Positions 27,843 through 42,363 of a stretch of DNA of 64,000 nt are shown here, piece by piece. Each line of letters starts with the position of its first letter. Position 1 is the stretch's first letter. The notes beneath the pieces are model-generated. The model had not been told where the DNA came from, did not search any database, and worked only from the letters and a program-made list of their open reading frames with translations. The translations under genes were made by a program, and so were the position numbers. This DNA comes from the human T2T-CHM13v2.0 reference genome, Homo sapiens, in the NCBI RefSeq assembly GCF_009914755.1, contig NC_060931.1. The stretch is one strand, 5' to 3'.

Positions 27843-29353
27843 TTATATATTGTATGTTATATGTCATGCCATATAGAACATTGTGAAATATGTAATCCAT
27901 TAAATATAAATTTAATAATAATGTATAGCTTAGAAATTTGTTTTAATATTTCAATTTATTCATAATAATAGTGTTGCTTAAACAATTAAACTATTATGGT
28001 AAAGTGAAAATATTAAACTACTAATTCCCCACTAACTAAATAATTTCATGCCAAATGCATGTCTTTTAAATGCTGGCCATTGCATTCTTTGAAATTCTTT
28101 TTTTTAAAGATTCTTAACTTTATCTTATGAGATATAGATGTCGTCATGTGAACTCGCAATAAATGTTAATTGAAAGGCCATTTCCACTGTGCTGGTAACT
28201 AAAAATTTATTAAATGGAGTAAATGTTGTAGTTTTAACAGTTAACATTGAAATACATGGGTATCTCCTCATCTAAGTTCTTCTAAGGAAGTCTTTTAAAA
28301 CATGATTGAAAGTATAGCATTCTGAGGTATAGCATTATCTTATTTATTTTTTCTTGTTCTACTTCTAGTTTGATATTTTGTATGATTCAAGACATTTTCT
28401 GTTATTTGCAGTGAAAACTTTTCAGGGTGGAAAAAACGACTTCATGATTATTATCAACAGATGTAAAATTGCTTGGCCCTTAGTTTATTTTAAACTACCC
28501 ACCATTATTTGACACAGCTTTTTCTGCTTGTGTATTTAACACAAAATTATTTTGATAGTGTTTATTTGTAGGCAGTATTTTGACAATTGATACAAATTTC
28601 AGCTGCAACAATTGCTATTGCACAAGAAAACAGCAAAATAGACACAAATTGTGTCAGTCATATATAAATATAGATTTAAAATAAATCATTTATTACTATG
28701 ATCATCTCAAAAAATAGAAAGATATAATAGAATGAAAAGAGCCTTAGGGTGGTAGTCATTGAATATATGTTCTTAGTGAAGAGCCTTCCAGTAACTTTCT
28801 TGCCACTGAACTAAGCCTTAACAAGCTAGGCCTTAAGTTTCTTATCTCTAATATGAGATGGTCAGATTAGAGATCTGTAAGGTCCTTTTCAGGTGTAACA
28901 TTTTATGATTCTAAATGTTATTAATTAGAAGCAATATAATAGCAAAGCAGATCATCAAGATATAAACATAAATTCAGACTGTACTTTAAATCATTCTACT
29001 AGAAAATGTACAGATCTACCTCTTTTTAGGTATTCATTGATTCAACAAACACTTACTTTGCATTTATTGGACTGGGCTGTATACTAGCCCTGGGAATAAC
29101 AAGGGTGAAAAACGGACACATCCTTGACTTTGTGGTGCTTTAAGTTGTAGATGAATGCATTTCAAGCCAGACCCAGCCTTGGGCACAGGCAACATGTTTG
29201 GCCTTACGCAGGGTTCAGTAAGGACACCTTTTCTGAACCCCTCAATTCCCTTTCACTTTGCCACATCATTAGGTTCTCCTCTTGATAACTCCAAAATGGA
29301 CACTTTTAGAGTCATTAATTCCAAATTAGACCACAAAGGTGGCACAGTATCTA

Positions 29354-29686
29354 CAGTCATGAGTCTATTAATGACAGGAATACGTTCTGAGAGATGCAAT
29401 ATTAGGCAATTTCTCTGTTGTGCTAATATCATAGAGTACACTTAAACCTAGATGGTATAGCCTACTACACATGTAGGCTATGTGGTATAGCCTATTGCTC
29501 CTAGGCTACAAATCTGTACAGTGTGCTAGCATGTTACTGTACTGAATACTGTATACAACTGTAACACAATGGTATTTGTGTATCTAAAAAAAGGCACAGT
29601 AAAAATATGATATTATAATCTTATGGCACCACCATCCTATATGTGGTTCACTGTTGACCAAAACATCTTTCTGCAGCACATGACTA
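29354..29686. mobile_element. Tigger3a/MER7-like DNA transposon
   Basis: TIR cagtcatg...catgact(a) with TA flanks; typical internal aacctagatggtatagcctactacac. Confidence 0.8.
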
Positions 29687-29832
29687 TAACTACTGCTATG
29701 TTAGATATATGCTGCCTGGGCAGAGAAGAGAGCTTCCTGTTTCTGTCCTTCATTCTGTTTCTCTTTGTCTTTTAACCTACTTCCCTAACTACTGCCACTC
29801 CAAAATCTCCCATATACAAATCAGAAAAATGA

Positions 29833-30087
29833 AGGGTCTCACTCTGTCACCCAGGCTGGAATGCAGTAGCATGATCACAGCAGCTCCCTGTTGCCTTAAC
29901 CTCCTGGGCTCCAACAATCCTCCCACCTCAGCTTCCCAAGTAGCTGGCACTGCAGGCATATGCTACCATGCCCAGCTAATCTTTTTAAGAGATGGGGTCT
30001 CATTATGTTGCCCAGGCTAGTCTAGAACTCTTGGGCTGAAGGAATCCTCCTGCCTTACCTCCCAAAGTGCTGGGATTACAGGCATGA
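29833..30087 (-). mobile_element. Alu (AluJ-like) lacking its first ~15 nt, fused to an MST LTR stub
   Basis: Antisense Alu ending at gggattacaggcatga. Confidence 0.88.
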
Positions 30088-32128
30088 TATCTGGGCAGGG
30101 ACACAAAGCCAAACCACATCATTTCACCTCCGGCCCCTCCCAAATCTCATGTCTTTCTCACATTTCAAAACACAATTCTGCCTTCCCAACAGTTCCCCAA
30201 AGTCCTTAACTCATTCCAACATTAACTCAAAAGTCCAAATTCAAAGACCCATCTGAGACAAGGCAAGTTCCTTCCACCTATGAGCCTGTGAAATAAAGAA
30301 CAAGCTAGTTACTTCCAAGATACATGGGAGCACAGGCGTTGAGTAAATACACCCATTCCAAGAAGCAGAAATCAGCCAAAACAAAGTAGGTACAGGCCCC
30401 ATGCAAATCCAAAACCCAGCAGGGCAGTCATTACATTTTAAAGCTCCAAAAGAATCTCCTTTGACTTCATGTCTCACATCCAAGCTACGCTGACACAGGG
30501 GTGGGCTCTCAAGGCCTTGGGCAGCTCCACCCCTGTGGCTCTGCAGAGTACAGCCCCTGCACCTGCTTTCATGGGCTGGCATTGATTGCCTGTGGCGTTT
30601 CCAGGTGCACGGTGCAAGCTGTTGGTGGATCTATCATTCTGGGGCCTGGAGGACGATGGCCCTCTTCTCACAGCTCCACTAGGCAGTGCTCCAGTGGGGA
30701 CTCTGTGTGGAGGTTCCAACCCTACATTTTTGCCCTGAACTGCCATAGTAGAGGTTCTCCATGAGGGCTCCACCCTGGCATCAGACTTCTGCCTGGACAT
30801 CCGGGCATTTCCGTACATCCCTTGAAAGCTAGGCAGAGGCTCCAAAACCTCAACTCTTGCCCTCTGCACACCCACAGGCTCAACACCACATGGAAGCCAT
30901 CAAGGCTTGGGGCTTGTACCCTCTGAAACAACAGCCCATTCTGTACCTTGACCCCTTTTAGCCATGGCTGGAGCTGGAGCAGCTGGGACACAGGGTGCCA
31001 TGTCTCAAGGCTGCACAGAGCAGTGGGGCCCTAGGCCTGGCCCACAAAACCATTTTTCCCTCCTAGGCCTCCAGGCCTGTGATGAGAGGGGCTGCCGTGA
31101 AGATCTGTAAAATGCCCTTGGAGACATTTTCTTCATTGTCCTGACTGTTAACATTCAGCTCCTCTTATGCAAATTCTCACAGCTGGCTTTAATTTCTCCC
31201 CACAAACTGGATTTTTCTTTTCTACCACATAGTCAGCCTGCAAATTTTCTAAACCTTTATGCTCTTCTTCCCTTTTAAATATAAGTTCCAATTTCAGATA
31301 ATCTCTTTGTGTACACATATGAGTGTATGCTGTTAGAAGCAGCCAGGGAACATCTTACATGTTTTGCTGCTTAGAAGTTTCTTCCACCAGATACCCTAAA
31401 TCATCTCTCTCAAGTTCAAAATTCCACAGATCCCTAGAGCAGGGGCACAATGCCACCAGTCTCTTTGCTAAACCATAGCAAGAGTGACCTTTATTTCAGT
31501 TCCCAATAAGTTCTTCATCTCTATCTGAGATCTCTGCAGCCTGGACTTCACTGTCCATATCACTATCAGCATTTTGATCACAACCATTCAACAAGTCTAT
31601 AGGAAGTTCCAAACTTTTCCTCATCTTCCTATCTTCTTCTAAACCCTCCAAACTGTTCCAACCTCTGCCCATTACCCAGTTCCAAAGCTGCTTCCACATT
31701 TTTACTTAACTTTATAGAAATGCCCCACTTCTCTGGTACCAATTTTCTGTATTAGTCCATTCTCACATTGCTATGAAGAACTACCTGAGACTGGGTAATT
31801 TATAAAGAAAAGAGATTTAATTGGCTCATAGTTCCACAGGCTGTACAGGAAACATGGGTAGGGAGGCCTCAGGAAGCTTACAATTATGACAGAAGGCAAA
31901 GGGGAAGCCAGCATGTCCTATATGGCTGGGGCAGGAGGGAGAGAGTGTGAAAGGGGAGGTGCTACACACTTCCAAACAACCAGATCTCATGAGAACTCAC
32001 TATCATGAGAACAGCAAGGGGGATATCTGACCCCTAATGCAACCAGCTCCCACCAGGTCCCTCTCCCAACAGTGGGGATTACAATTCAGCATGAGATTTG
32101 GTCAGGGACACAATGCCAAACTATATCA
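30083..32128 (-). mobile_element. MaLR provirus (MSTA/MSTB-like): 5' LTR 32128-31748, internal 31747-30122, 3' LTR stub 30121-30083
   Basis: LTR termini TGATA...TAATACA. Internal region starts gaaaattggtacc and carries a decayed MaLR ORF (MWKQLWNWVMGRGWNSLEG). PPT gggaggggccggaggtgaaa precedes the stub. Confidence 0.88.
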
Positions 32129-32643
32129 ATCTTGTAATAGTTTTTAATCTTTTAAAATTGTGAAGTATATTAGATATACATTAGAGTATCTATAAATGTA
32201 TAATTCAGACCAAATACCCAAGTAACCACCACCCAGGTCAAAAAATAAAACATTAGCTCTCAGTAATTCCTCTTATCCCCCTTCACCCCCTCTAACATAG
32301 CGACTATCCTAACTTTTATTATCATTTTTTTCTTGCGGTTCTTCATAGTTTTACCACCTAAGCATGAATCTCTAAACACCTTCCTTTTGCTGTGCCTGTT
32401 TTTTAAACTTGATGTAAATAGAATCATACAAAATGTATTTTTTGTGTCTGGATTATTTAACTCAATGTTATATTTGTAAGAACCATTGATATTATTGCAT
32501 GTATTTTTCTATTGTATGTTTAGTCCTCTATCTGTTGTATTTCCAATTGACATTAGGATTGTTTCCAGTTTTCAACTATTAGATATAATGCTACTTGAGC
32601 ATTCTTGTACATGTCTCTCCATATACTTGTACATGCACCTTGA

Positions 32644-33020
<377 letters not shown>

Positions 33021-33444
33021 TATTTACTCTTTTAAACACTAACTTCAAACAAATAGCCAATGTCATGCTTAATTGTGAAACTCCAGGAGTGTTCCCATTA
33101 AAATCAGAAATAAGGAAAGGGTGCCTGATATGAGCATGATCATTGCATATAATTCACTTTCAAAAAATGAATTATATGCAATGCACTTAGACAGAAAATG
33201 ATGCATACATATGGGAAAGAACAAATGACCATTATCTGTAGCTGACATAAATGCCTACATAAAAAATACAAAATAATATTATAGTACAGTAAGGTGACTA
33301 TTTTCAAAATAAATATACAAATACATAGGTTTCCTATTTAATAATAAGTTCAATACATATTGAAGAAAAATATATAGCTTTCCTATTATAATAAGAATAA
33401 GCTTTCCTATTTAATAAGAATAACAAGTTCAAAAACATATTGAA

Positions 33445-33847
<403 letters not shown>

Positions 33848-34199
33848 CTAAGCCTGTAAGTGTCATTAGCAGATTCTAGCCTACATGGCAAGAGGTAAGG
33901 TAATGTGGTAATGTAATAGAAAATTTTTTTTAAGAAGCTGGGCCATTTGTCCCATAAATTTTTCCATAATCTGGATTTTGCTTAATAGTAAGCCTGTATT
34001 TCCATTATAATCATAGAGCCTTAGTGCATAAATGTTTTATCCAGGTCACATTAATTTTTTTTTTTTTGCCAAGGCTACTTTCTAGGTGGTGCCATCAACT
34101 TTGTTTTTTGTTGTTGTTCAAGTTTTTATTAAATTTTTTATTGTCACATGTACATATTTATGGTTTACATAGTGATGGCTTTTTGTGTGGTGGTGGTGG

Positions 34200-34490
34200 T
34201 GGTTTGAGGCAAGATCTCACTTGGTCACCCAGGCTGGAGTGCAGTGGCGCAATTACAGCTCACTGCAGCCTTGACTTCCTGGGCTCAAGCATCCTCCCAC
34301 CTCAGCCTCCCGAGTAGCTGAGTCCACAGGTGTGCACCACTATGCTTGACTAATTTTTTTTTAACTTTTAGTAGAATCAAGGTCTCACCACATTTCCCAG
34401 GCTGGTCTTAAATTCCTGATTTCAATCAATTCTCCCACCTCAGCCTCCCAAAATACTGGGATTACAGACATGAGCCACCTTGCTCTACCC
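34200..34490 (-). mobile_element. Alu (AluJ-like) inside an L1 3' end
   Basis: Antisense dimer; TSD catagtgatg. Confidence 0.9.
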
Positions 34491-34574
34491 ATAGTGATGT
34501 TTTGATACTTATAATGTATAGTAATCAGATCGGGTTAATTAGCATAGCTGTCATTTCAAACATTTATCATTTCT

Positions 34575-35970
34575 TTTTAATTATTATTTTAAATTCAGAG
34601 GTTATATGTACAGGTTTGCTACACAGGTATACTGCATAATGTTGGGTTTGGCTTTCTCTTGAACCCATCACATAAATAGTGAATATAGTACCCAGTAGGC
34701 AGTTTTTAAACCCTCACTGCCCTCCCTCCCATTCTGAAGTCCCCAGTGTCTATTGTTTCCATCTTTATGTCCATGTGTACCTATTGTTTAGCTCCCACTT
34801 ATAAGTTAGAAAATGAATACTTTGATTTTGTTTCTGCATTCATTCACCTAGGATAATGGCCTCCAGCTGTATTCATGTTGCTGCAAAGGACATGATTTCA
34901 TTCTTTTTTATGACTGCATAGTATTCCATGGTGTATATGTATCACATTTTCTTTATCTAATCCTAATGGATGGACACTTAGGTTGATTCCATGACTGCTA
35001 TGGTGAATAGTGCTGCAATAAATATAAGAGTGCAGGTGTCTTTTTGATAGAATGATTTCTTTTCCTTTGAGAATCCCAGCAGTGGGAGTGCTGGGTCAAA
35101 TGGTGGTTCTATTTTTAGTTCTTTGAAAAATTTCCATGCTGTTTTCCACAGGGGCTGAACTAATTTACATTCCAACCAGCAGCGTATAAGGATTCCTTTT
35201 TTTCCACATCCTTGCCAACATATTATATTTTGACTTTTTAATAATAGCCATTCTGATTGGTGTGAGATGGTATCCCATTGTGGTTTTCATTTGCATTTAT
35301 CTGATGATGACAAGCATTTTTTCATATGATTGTTTACTCATATGTCTTCTTTTGGGAAGTGTCTGTTCATGTCCTTTGCCCACCTTTTAATGAGGTTATT
35401 TGTTTTTTGCTTGTTGATTTAAGTTCCTTATAGATTCTGGATATTTGTCCTTTGTCAGCCTGATAGTTAGCAAATATTTTCTCCCATTCTGTAGATTGTC
35501 TGTTTGCTCCATTGATTGTTTCTTTGCTGTGCTGAATCTCTTTAATTAAATTTCATTTGTCAATTTTTGTTGTTGTTGCATTTGCTTTTGAGGTCTTAGT
35601 CATAAATTCTTTTTCTAGTCTAATGTTTAAAAGTTTTCTTTTAGGATTTATATAGTTTGAGGTCTTACATTCAAGTCTTTAATCCCTCTTGCGTTAATTT
35701 TTATATGTGGTGAGAGCCAGGGGTACCGTTTCATTCTTCTGAATATAGCTAGCCACTTTTTCCAGTACCATTTTTTTGAGTAGGACGTCCTTTCCCAATT
35801 GTTTCTTTTTGTCAGCTTTGTTGGAGATCAGTTGGTTGTAGTATATGGCTTTATTTCTGAGTTCTCTGTTCTGTTCCATCGATCTGTGTGTCTATTTTTG
35901 CACCAGTACCGTGCTATTTTGGTTACTACAGCCTTGTAGTATAGTTTGAATTCACAAAATGGGATGCCTC
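34575..35970 (-). mobile_element. L1 (old L1PA/L1PB-type) ORF2 end and 3' UTR
   Basis: Decayed ORF2 peptides (ECKLVQPLWKTAW; DTCTLIFIAALFTIA). Confidence 0.9.
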
Positions 35971-38644
35971 TTGGTTGCATGAACTTTCATCAGGAGGCAC
36001 ATGATATTGGTTGTCTCCCTTTTAGTGATGTTACCTGCTATTAATAATCCTTGCCTGGGTCTATTAATTCATTAGGAATTTTAAATGACAATATTATAAT
36101 ACTATTATTTTCTCTTCACTTATTTATTAGAATCCTTCTAAAAAGAGAAGCTTCCACTCAGTTATTTGGTTACCCTGCTGTAGAGGCATGATAAATACTT
36201 GATTTTCAGGTTTTCAAAATGATTAATTGATTCCCCAGTATCCTTCAAAGGTGAGAGGTGTTGTGGGGTGTTTTTATTTTTTTGGTGTTTTTTTTTTTTT
36301 TTGAAGTATTACTGTGAACTCATTTACTTAAACATAGTTATTCCCATCCTTTATAGTTGTTAGCTCATTGCCAGTCCTCCTGGCCCATTTTTTGGGTAGT
36401 GGGAGCCTTTTGACATGACTCCAAATCCCTTTGACATGATTCTAGTAGTCTTGGGTAGATTTTTTGCTTTTCTGATATGACAGAAGCATTGGAGGCTCAT
36501 TTGTTTCCATGCTCAAAACTTGGAATCAGTCATTTCTCCAAAGGAGCCTCCCCTTTTTCTTTAAGTGGGAAATGGTATTTAGAGACTAGAATCTTGGAGT
36601 AAGAGGTACTCATTGCTGCTAGGTTAATCTTTGTTTCTATGCCTTTTTAATGGACAGAACTAGGAAAGATAGATTATGTATATATAAAATACATCATAAT
36701 ATTGCCAATTCAAAGTCAATAATTACACAGGGAATTTATTTAACCTCTTCAGTCTTATAGATGTCTCTTTTCTCCACATCAAAATCCTGATTTTCAATGA
36801 CATTATGTAATTATTCATTGACTTTATCCCACAGTTTACACATAACTGTTTCAGAATAACACTACTACCAACAATGTGATTATAAAAAAAATAGTTGCAG
36901 GTCTTTTTGTCCTTAGGGCAAAATCTACTTAGGATTCCTATTCAAATTGGAATGGTTCCTTCCCATGAAATTATATTTTGATACATAGTTATATTCAATT
37001 GGTTTATTTTTTTCAAATTCTAATAATTGCTTCTTAATTTAATAAAGTACTACATTGTTAAAGTATATTTAAAGAATTCTAGCTTGTATCCCTAACCCCC
37101 CCACCTTGTTTCCTCCCTTTTCCTGTAACAACTCATTTTAAGGTTTATCCTTTCTTTATATTTATAAATAGTCTTTTTTCAATTCATAGTATAGCTTCTG
37201 TAATTTAGGAAGATTTGTGCTTTTGTTATAATGGTGATTTTTATATTCATACCATTATATAATGCCTTTGTCCCCTCTTTTTTGTAATTTTGACCATTAT
37301 CTCTTAGTTTTATACAGTAAGTTATAGTGAAATTAGCTTCTTCCCCCTCCATTCCTCACAGCATTAATTCGACATAGTATTCTTCTTTGGATACTGTCCG
37401 CCCCCAGATGGTGTTTTATTCCTGCCAACCTGGACTACCTAAAGTTTTCTAAATGCGCTTCACACTGTCTCTATGCCATCAGCAAGATTATGTTATTCAT
37501 TTATAAAAAATAGTTACTGATTCACTAACAGAATCAAGTCCCTACAAAGCCTCAGGCCAGCTTTGTGACCTTGCTCAAGTTTCTCAACCATCTTGAGTTT
37601 GGGAATATAGTGGTGAAAAAAAGATGGAAATGGACCCCTCTTAATGGAATTGTCAGTCTTCCATCTCACCAGAAGGAAGAATTATGCAATTTCTCAAGTT
37701 TATTTTTGTCTGGATAACTCCTCTCTTAGAATCCCTAGTCTGCTGGTGCTTAACTTGCCTGGAAATAATTTTCTCATTTGTCTACATTACTGGATGTTTA
37801 CTTCCTATTTGGCTCAAACCTTTGCTAAAATAATTGCTGGGAAAAGTTGTTCAGAATTTGTCTGCATTTCCCTTACAAATTATAATTTGCTTTTTTGTCA
37901 AAGCTCATAAAGTACAGTGCCAAAGGGATCATTAACTCCAAGGATAACATATGCAGATAAGAGAAAGGTTTTCATGTTAACTGAATGTTTCCTGTTTTGC
38001 AGCCCTAACAACATTTAGCTGACCAACACATTTTCTCACAGTGTCTTCATAATCTTTTTAACTTTTTTTTGTTCTACAGTGTGTGTTTTATTGTATTGAA
38101 AGTACATATTAATATCCAAGTAGCAAAATATTTTACTATAATTTTAAAATATTTTGATTAGTGAACAAAGGATCAGATTCATGTTTATATGATCTTTTCA
38201 TTAAATTATCAAAGGTTAATATGGAAACAGAGTAAGAAAATCTCTAGAATTTTAAAGTATTAAGTTCTAAACCTCAAATGATACAGTCATATAACGTTAT
38301 GCTCAGGTAGGTACAGAGATGGGCAAGAGAGACAGACACAATCCCAAGGAATAAGACATTCCAAAAAGCTTGTGCAACAGTTTTAGAACCAGGGAGCCAT
38401 TCTTTCAACCAGGTGAATGACATTTTCTACACACACACACACACACACATATGTATATATATGTGTGTATGTATATGCACATATGTATACATATATATAA
38501 AATAGAAATTCAGCTACATATTCATTTATGTTTTAGAAATAGAGCCATGACATTATAAATATATGTGAAAATATATACATATATGTGGAAAATGTCAGTC
38601 AACTACAACTTCAAAATATTTTCTACATATATATCCCTGTTAAC

Positions 38645-38679
<35 letters not shown>

Positions 38680-38708
38680 TTATATAAATATATAGTTCTA
38701 TATGGGTG

Positions 38709-39310
38709 TAGTCATGTGTCACTTAAGAAGGATATGTTCTGAGAAAAACATTGTTAGACTATTTAATCATTGCGCAAACATCATAGAGTGTACTTACACA
38801 AACCTAGATGGTATAGCCTACTATACACTTAGGCTATATGGTGTAGCCTATAGCTCCTAGGCTACAAGTCTGTACAGCATGTTACTGTGCTGATATTATA
38901 TGCAATTGTGATACAATGGCAAGTATTTAAGTATCTAAATGTATCTAAACATAGAAAAGGTACAGTAAAAATATAATAGAAAAGAAAAAGCCATACCTAT
39001 ATAGGGCACTTACTGTGAATGGAGCTTGCAGGACTGGAAGTTGCTCAGAGTGAGTCAGTGAGTGGTGAGTGAATGTGAAGGCCTAGGACATTACTGTACT
39101 GTGCTATAGTTTTATGCAACTGTCAGTATAATAAGTTTGTTTACACCAACATCGCTACAACCACATGACCAATGTGTTGTGCTACAATGTCAGGACAACT
39201 ACACTGTCAGTAAGCAATAGGAATTTTTCAGCTCCATTATAATCTTATGGAACCATCATTGCATATGTGGTCCATCATTGACTGAAATGTCATTTTGCAG
39301 CACATGACTG
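38709..39310. mobile_element. Tigger3b/c (MER7-like) DNA transposon
   Basis: TIR (t)agtcatgtg...cacatgactg; homologous to 29354-29686. Confidence 0.8.
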
Positions 39311-39713
39311 TATGTATGTATGTGTGTATATTTATATACCTATATATGAATTATAACCTTTGTAATTTATAAGGTTATAATTTATATATAAATTTTATAT
39401 ATTAAATATTATATGCAATAGATACATATGTATGTATATATAAATTATAAAGCAAGGTCCCAATCTCAAATGCCCACAAGGCCCATAAATATATCATGAG
39501 TGAGTCAAATAGTTGTCTTGGTATGTGTGCACACATTGAACGAATGGGGCAGACTGTGCCCCTTTTTAAAAGGGTACTCTTATGGTAGCTCTGAAAGTCA
39601 TGCTGCATTTGCAACAGTGAATCCAGTGGAATATGAATCCAGTGTCATCAAGCATAATAATTTTTGAAGAAAAGTGGAAAACCCAGATTTTTATGGTAAA
39701 ATCTACCAATTCT

Positions 39714-39970
39714 CTTTTTTTTTTTTTTGGCAGGGTCTCACTCTGTCACCCAGGTGGCACAATCACAACTCACTGCAGCCTCCATCTCCCAGGCTCAAGT
39801 GATCCTCCTATGTCAGCCTTCTAAATAACTGCCATTTTTTTTTATTTTTTGTAGAGATGGGGGTCTCACTATGTTGCCTAGGCTGGTCCCTAACTCCTGG
39901 GCTCAAGTGATCCTGCCTCCTCAGCCTCCCAATGAGCTGGGATTATAGACATGAGCCACCATGCCTGGCC
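39714..39970 (-). mobile_element. Alu (AluJ-like, internally deleted)
   Basis: Antisense Alu motifs. Confidence 0.88.
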
Positions 39971-40733
39971 CCAATTTTTGAGTGTTGCCAATGAATTCTC
40001 TATTTTTTAAAAAAACTTGCGCACACTAAAAGCACCTGCAGAGTGTATTTATACTGTTGATTGTTAATTTGCAATCTGTGGCATGAAATATACTACTACA
40101 ACATGAATAAGGTCTATCTTACATATTTTAAGAGATTTAAGTACTATCTTACCTTCTTTTTCTGATGTAGAAATCTATAGAAATTGTTTATATATCCTTA
40201 AACTGTTATAAACTATCAGTAACAACTGGAAATGTGACATTTCCATGAAATGAGGCAATTTATGTTTGCCAGAAAACACATTAAAATATTTTGTAATGGT
40301 CAATTTTGTGAACTAGAAACAGCTGTGTTTGGTGAACTGTTTGTTAGAATCTATTTTTTAAACTTAAAAAAGTTTTCCTTCTACTTTGCTTAGGTATCAA
40401 AGTTTGGTATCAAATGAAAAATTTAAAATTATACTTTGTTATGTATGGTTCTATCTGCTTTTTAAAAAACCAAGATAAGCTGAAGAACTGTGTCTCTAAA
40501 TATCATACAAAACAGTTTTCTTGGAAAACTGTTAATTTCTGAATATTCCCACCCTTTTCCAAGGAAATTCCGGGATAATCTGTTATGAAATTATGATGGG
40601 TAATAGCTATTTCTGTTACAAGTCAATTATAGCATTTACAGAGATTTATAAGGTTGCTAACTGGTTCACATTAGTACATAAACTAAAAGATTCTGAGGCT
40701 CTAACTTTAGAACTTTTAAATGTAACACTTTAT

Positions 40734-41729
40734 TATCGGGGGAACCAGCCCCCAATATTTCAATGTAGGTTCTTTTCTATTTTCCCTAAGTGTCAGCTGG
40801 TCTGAGAAATAAACAGAAAGAGTACAAAAGAAAGAAATTTTACAGTTGGGTCTCCGGGGGTGACATCACATGTCGGCAAGTTCTGTGATGCCCCCTGAGC
40901 CGCAAAACCAGCAAAAAGAGGAGGGAGTGTATGAATAGGGTGTGGGTCACAGAGATCACATGCTTCAAAGGTAATAAAATATCAAAGGGCAGAGAGGCAG
41001 ATTGAGATCACAAGGGCAGAGAGGCAGAGAGAGATCACAAGTCCAGGGCGAAACTAGAATTACTGATGAAGGTCCATGTCCTGCTGGGCACACATTGTCA
41101 TTGATAAACATCTTAACAGGAAACAGGGTTCAAGAGCAGACAACTGGTCTGACTAGAATTCACCAGGCTGGAATTTCCTAACCCTAGCAAGCCTGGGGCG
41201 CTGCAGGAGACCAGGGCCTATTTCATCCCGTATCTACAACTGCATAAGACAGACACTCCCAGAGCAGCCATTTTAGAGGCTTCCCCCGGGAATGCATTTA
41301 TTTTCCCAGGGCTGTTCCTCGCTGAGAAAAAGAATTCAGTGATAATTCTCCTATTCGCTTTTGCAAGAAGAGAAATATGACTCTTCTGCCTGGCCCCGCA
41401 GGCAGTCAGGCCTTATGGTTGTCTTCCTTGTTCCCTGAAAATCACTGTTATCCTATTCTTTTAGGATGCCCAGATTTCGTATTGTTCAAACACACATGTT
41501 TTACAAACAATTTGTACAGATAATGCAATCATCACAGGGTCCTGAGGCGACATACATCCTCAGCTTACGAAGATGACGGGATTAAGAGATTAAAGTAAAG
41601 ACAGGCATAGGAAATTATAAGAGTATTGATTGGGGAATTGATAAATGTCCATGACATCTTCACAATTTATATTCTTCTGCTGTGGCTTCAGCCAGTCCCT
41701 CTGTTTGGGGTCCCTGACTTCCTGCAACA
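40734..41729 (-). mobile_element. MER11 solo LTR (HERV-K11/HML-8)
   Basis: Starts TGTTGCAGGAAGTCAGGGACCCC on the - strand and ends ggttcccccgata. Perfect 6-bp TSD CTTTAT at 40728-40733 and 41730-41735. Confidence 0.9.
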
Positions 41730-41952
41730 CTTTATAATACCCATTTAGTTATTTTTAAACTTCTATTCTTTTGCTCACCAAAAAGTGTTTGTTAGGATTC
41801 AAATACTCAGGTGTTGAATTTTCTGCTTTACTCAGGGATTTGAATCTCTTTGATACTTAAATTTGGCCCACCAATCTACTGAAGTGATTTCTGTTGAGTA
41901 ACTATAGGCTGAGTTGTGTGTTGTTGGAGGCGGATCACATTGAGTTGCAGAA

Positions 41953-42363
41953 TGTATTAGTCCAGTTTCCATTGCTGTAAGGAAATACCTGAGACTGGGT
42001 AACTTACAAAGAAAAGAGGTTTAATTGGCTCATGGTTCCACAGGCTGTACAGGAAGCATGGAGGCATCTGCTTCTGGGAAGACCTCAGGGAGCTTTTACT
42101 CATGGCGGAAGGCAAAGCAGGAGCAGGCATCTTACCAGGCAGGAACACAAGCAAGAGAGAGGAGAGGGAGGTGCTACACAGTTTAAACCAACCAGATCTC
42201 ATGAGAACTCTATCACGAGACAGCACCAAGGGGATAGTGCTATACCATTCATAAAGGATCCACCCCCATGATCCAGTCACCTCCCATCAGACTCCACCTC
42301 CAACACTGGGTATTACAATTCAACATGAGATTTTTGACAGGGACACAGATCCAGACCACATCA
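41953..42363 (-). mobile_element. MSTA/MSTB-like solo LTR
   Basis: tgtattagtcc...ccagaccacatca; homologous to 31748-32128. Confidence 0.88.

Noticed and set aside
30241-31699. Several 67-133 aa ORFs
   Set aside because: Fragments of the decayed MaLR internal ORF and its shadow frames.
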